A stretch of DNA of 64,000 nucleotides from Azolla caroliniana (lineage: Eukaryota > Plantae > Polypodiophyta): NCBI GenBank assembly GCA_043228905.1, contig JBHGNT010000001.1:36270001-36334000 (forward strand), written 5' to 3'. The notes under the pieces were generated by a model, which ran no database searches, had not been told where the DNA came from, and was given only the letters and a program-made list of their open reading frames with translations. This document shows positions 62,750 through 64,000 of the stretch, piece after piece (within the stretch, counting starts at the first letter, position 1; each line of letters starts with the position of its first letter). Both the position numbers and the translations under genes were made by a program.

Positions 62750-64000
62750 TATTTTTTTACGGTAGATATTGGTTAATGGATTGCTATAGAAATTTGGCAT
62801 TGGATTATGTTTAGCATAAGGTCCAAAGTTTTTACAGTAGCTCCTAGTTCTTTGGAAATAGCTGGGAATGATCTGCAACAACTGTTTTCTTCTATGTCCC
62901 TTGCTATATATATAGGGTTTCTCTCAAGACATTATTATTACTATATATATATATATATTTCCGTCTAATCTTTGTGATTGAAATATTCAAGTATTATAAG
63001 GGTGCATATATTAGGATAGGTCAATTTTGTATCTTGATGTGTGGTTGCATTTCCAATCGGAACCCTAAACTAACCTTAGACCCAACACTCTCAAACGTTG
63101 ACAACAATATTCCCCTCAAGTGCTTTATTTGCACCAACTACGTCATCTGATTCTTTTCAGATTCTTCTTCATCTTCTATATAGCAAACTCTTGCACCATC
63201 CCCTTGCTAACTCCCACGTCAGGTGACTAAGATTTTTCTGCTTGTTGGTATTCTCCCACCTGAATGCTCCACAGTATCTTCTTGATCCGCTTAGGACAAT
63301 ACTCCAACTTTACCTTCTCATTTGAAATGAACTCTCTTTTGAAGTGTTACTGTGTTTTGATATGGTTGTCTATCAATAGAACACTGAGCTCTATGTGAAA
63401 CAATGCAAATTTGGCTGTTGTGTGATATTTGTGTCAGTTCTCACGTAATCAAATCCCCATTTCTGCTAGGAGCTTTCTTAGCCACACTACTTTGCATCTT
63501 GCCTTTTACTCTGCTGCAGCCAAGGAGAATGAGATGCTCAATGACTTCCTGTTGGTCCAAGTAAATAATCCAGACCTTAGAGAGTAACAAAATCTGGAAA
63601 TAGACTTATTCCTTGGATCGTCAGACTAGAGAGAATGTTTCTGAGCCTTGCTAACGAAGTTAATGATTCTTTGAATGCTTCTCCCTTCTTCTACACATAA
63701 CCTCTCTCACTAGTCATACCTTGTATTTATCTACGAACCATTAGCTTTTTACTTAAGACTTCAAGACACATTTTGTCTTGATGACCTGCTTGTCTAGTCA
63801 TCCATGAAGTGAAGGATAACAATATAACCACACCAACTCTTTAATAGAGAATAATCACGACTCTCTTTGGCTCCATCACTGCTCTCATGCTACTTGTCAA
63901 TCAAGGACAACACAAGTGGAATCTTGACCAAAACACGTGAAGTGGGTTATAATAGATCAGAAAATAGCAATGTGTCATGCATGTAGACCCCGACCATCTG
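62750..64000 (-). mobile_element. Degenerate Copia retrotransposon 3' part (RNase H, PPT, LTR start), antisense in HEN2 intron 4
   Basis: Minus translation SDDPRNKSISRFCYSLRSGLFTWTNRK..AAE*KA..VVWLRKLLAEMG..HIKTQ*HF.RE..KLEYCP matches Copia RNase H. PPT TTGAGGGGAA at about 63119-63110 is followed by TGTTG. The left boundary is approximate. Confidence 0.75.

Noticed and set aside
63059-63072. Telomerase-RNA template-like AACCCTAAAC
   Set aside because: It lies within a Copia LTR with no USE/TATA Pol III promoter; such motifs are common in plant LTRs.

Overview
Eukaryotic land-plant nuclear DNA: AT-rich, with spliceosomal GT-AG introns, many (CT)n/(CA)n microsatellites and decayed retroelements. 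The PPR and LINE style suggests a seed-free vascular plant such as a fern, but that is inference only. I could build nine protein-coding gene models by hand: an RSH2/3-type (p)ppGpp synthase (+), an AT5G48830-like protein of unknown function (-), a type-I membrane EGF-repeat protein (-), a secreted Pro/His-rich protein ending in a CLE-like motif (+), a PLS-E+ PPR protein (-), a 3-ketoacyl-CoA synthase (+), a UAfT-type nucleotide-sugar transporter (-), UTP7/WDR46 (-) and the 5' part of the exosome helicase HEN2 (+). There is also a probable gene start at the left edge. Intergenic DNA and introns hold 5'-truncated L1-type LINEs (one with a 17-bp TSD), Copia remnants, MITE-like inverted repeats and several 90-160 bp tandem duplications. 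The most unusual signals are (1) a KCS whose active-site-lining 16-aa loop is amplified four-fold in frame, (2) the orphan CLE-like precursor, (3) a miR156-like hairpin in the UAfT leader and (4) the uncharacterised EGF membrane protein. Family assignments come from remembered motifs; no database search was run.
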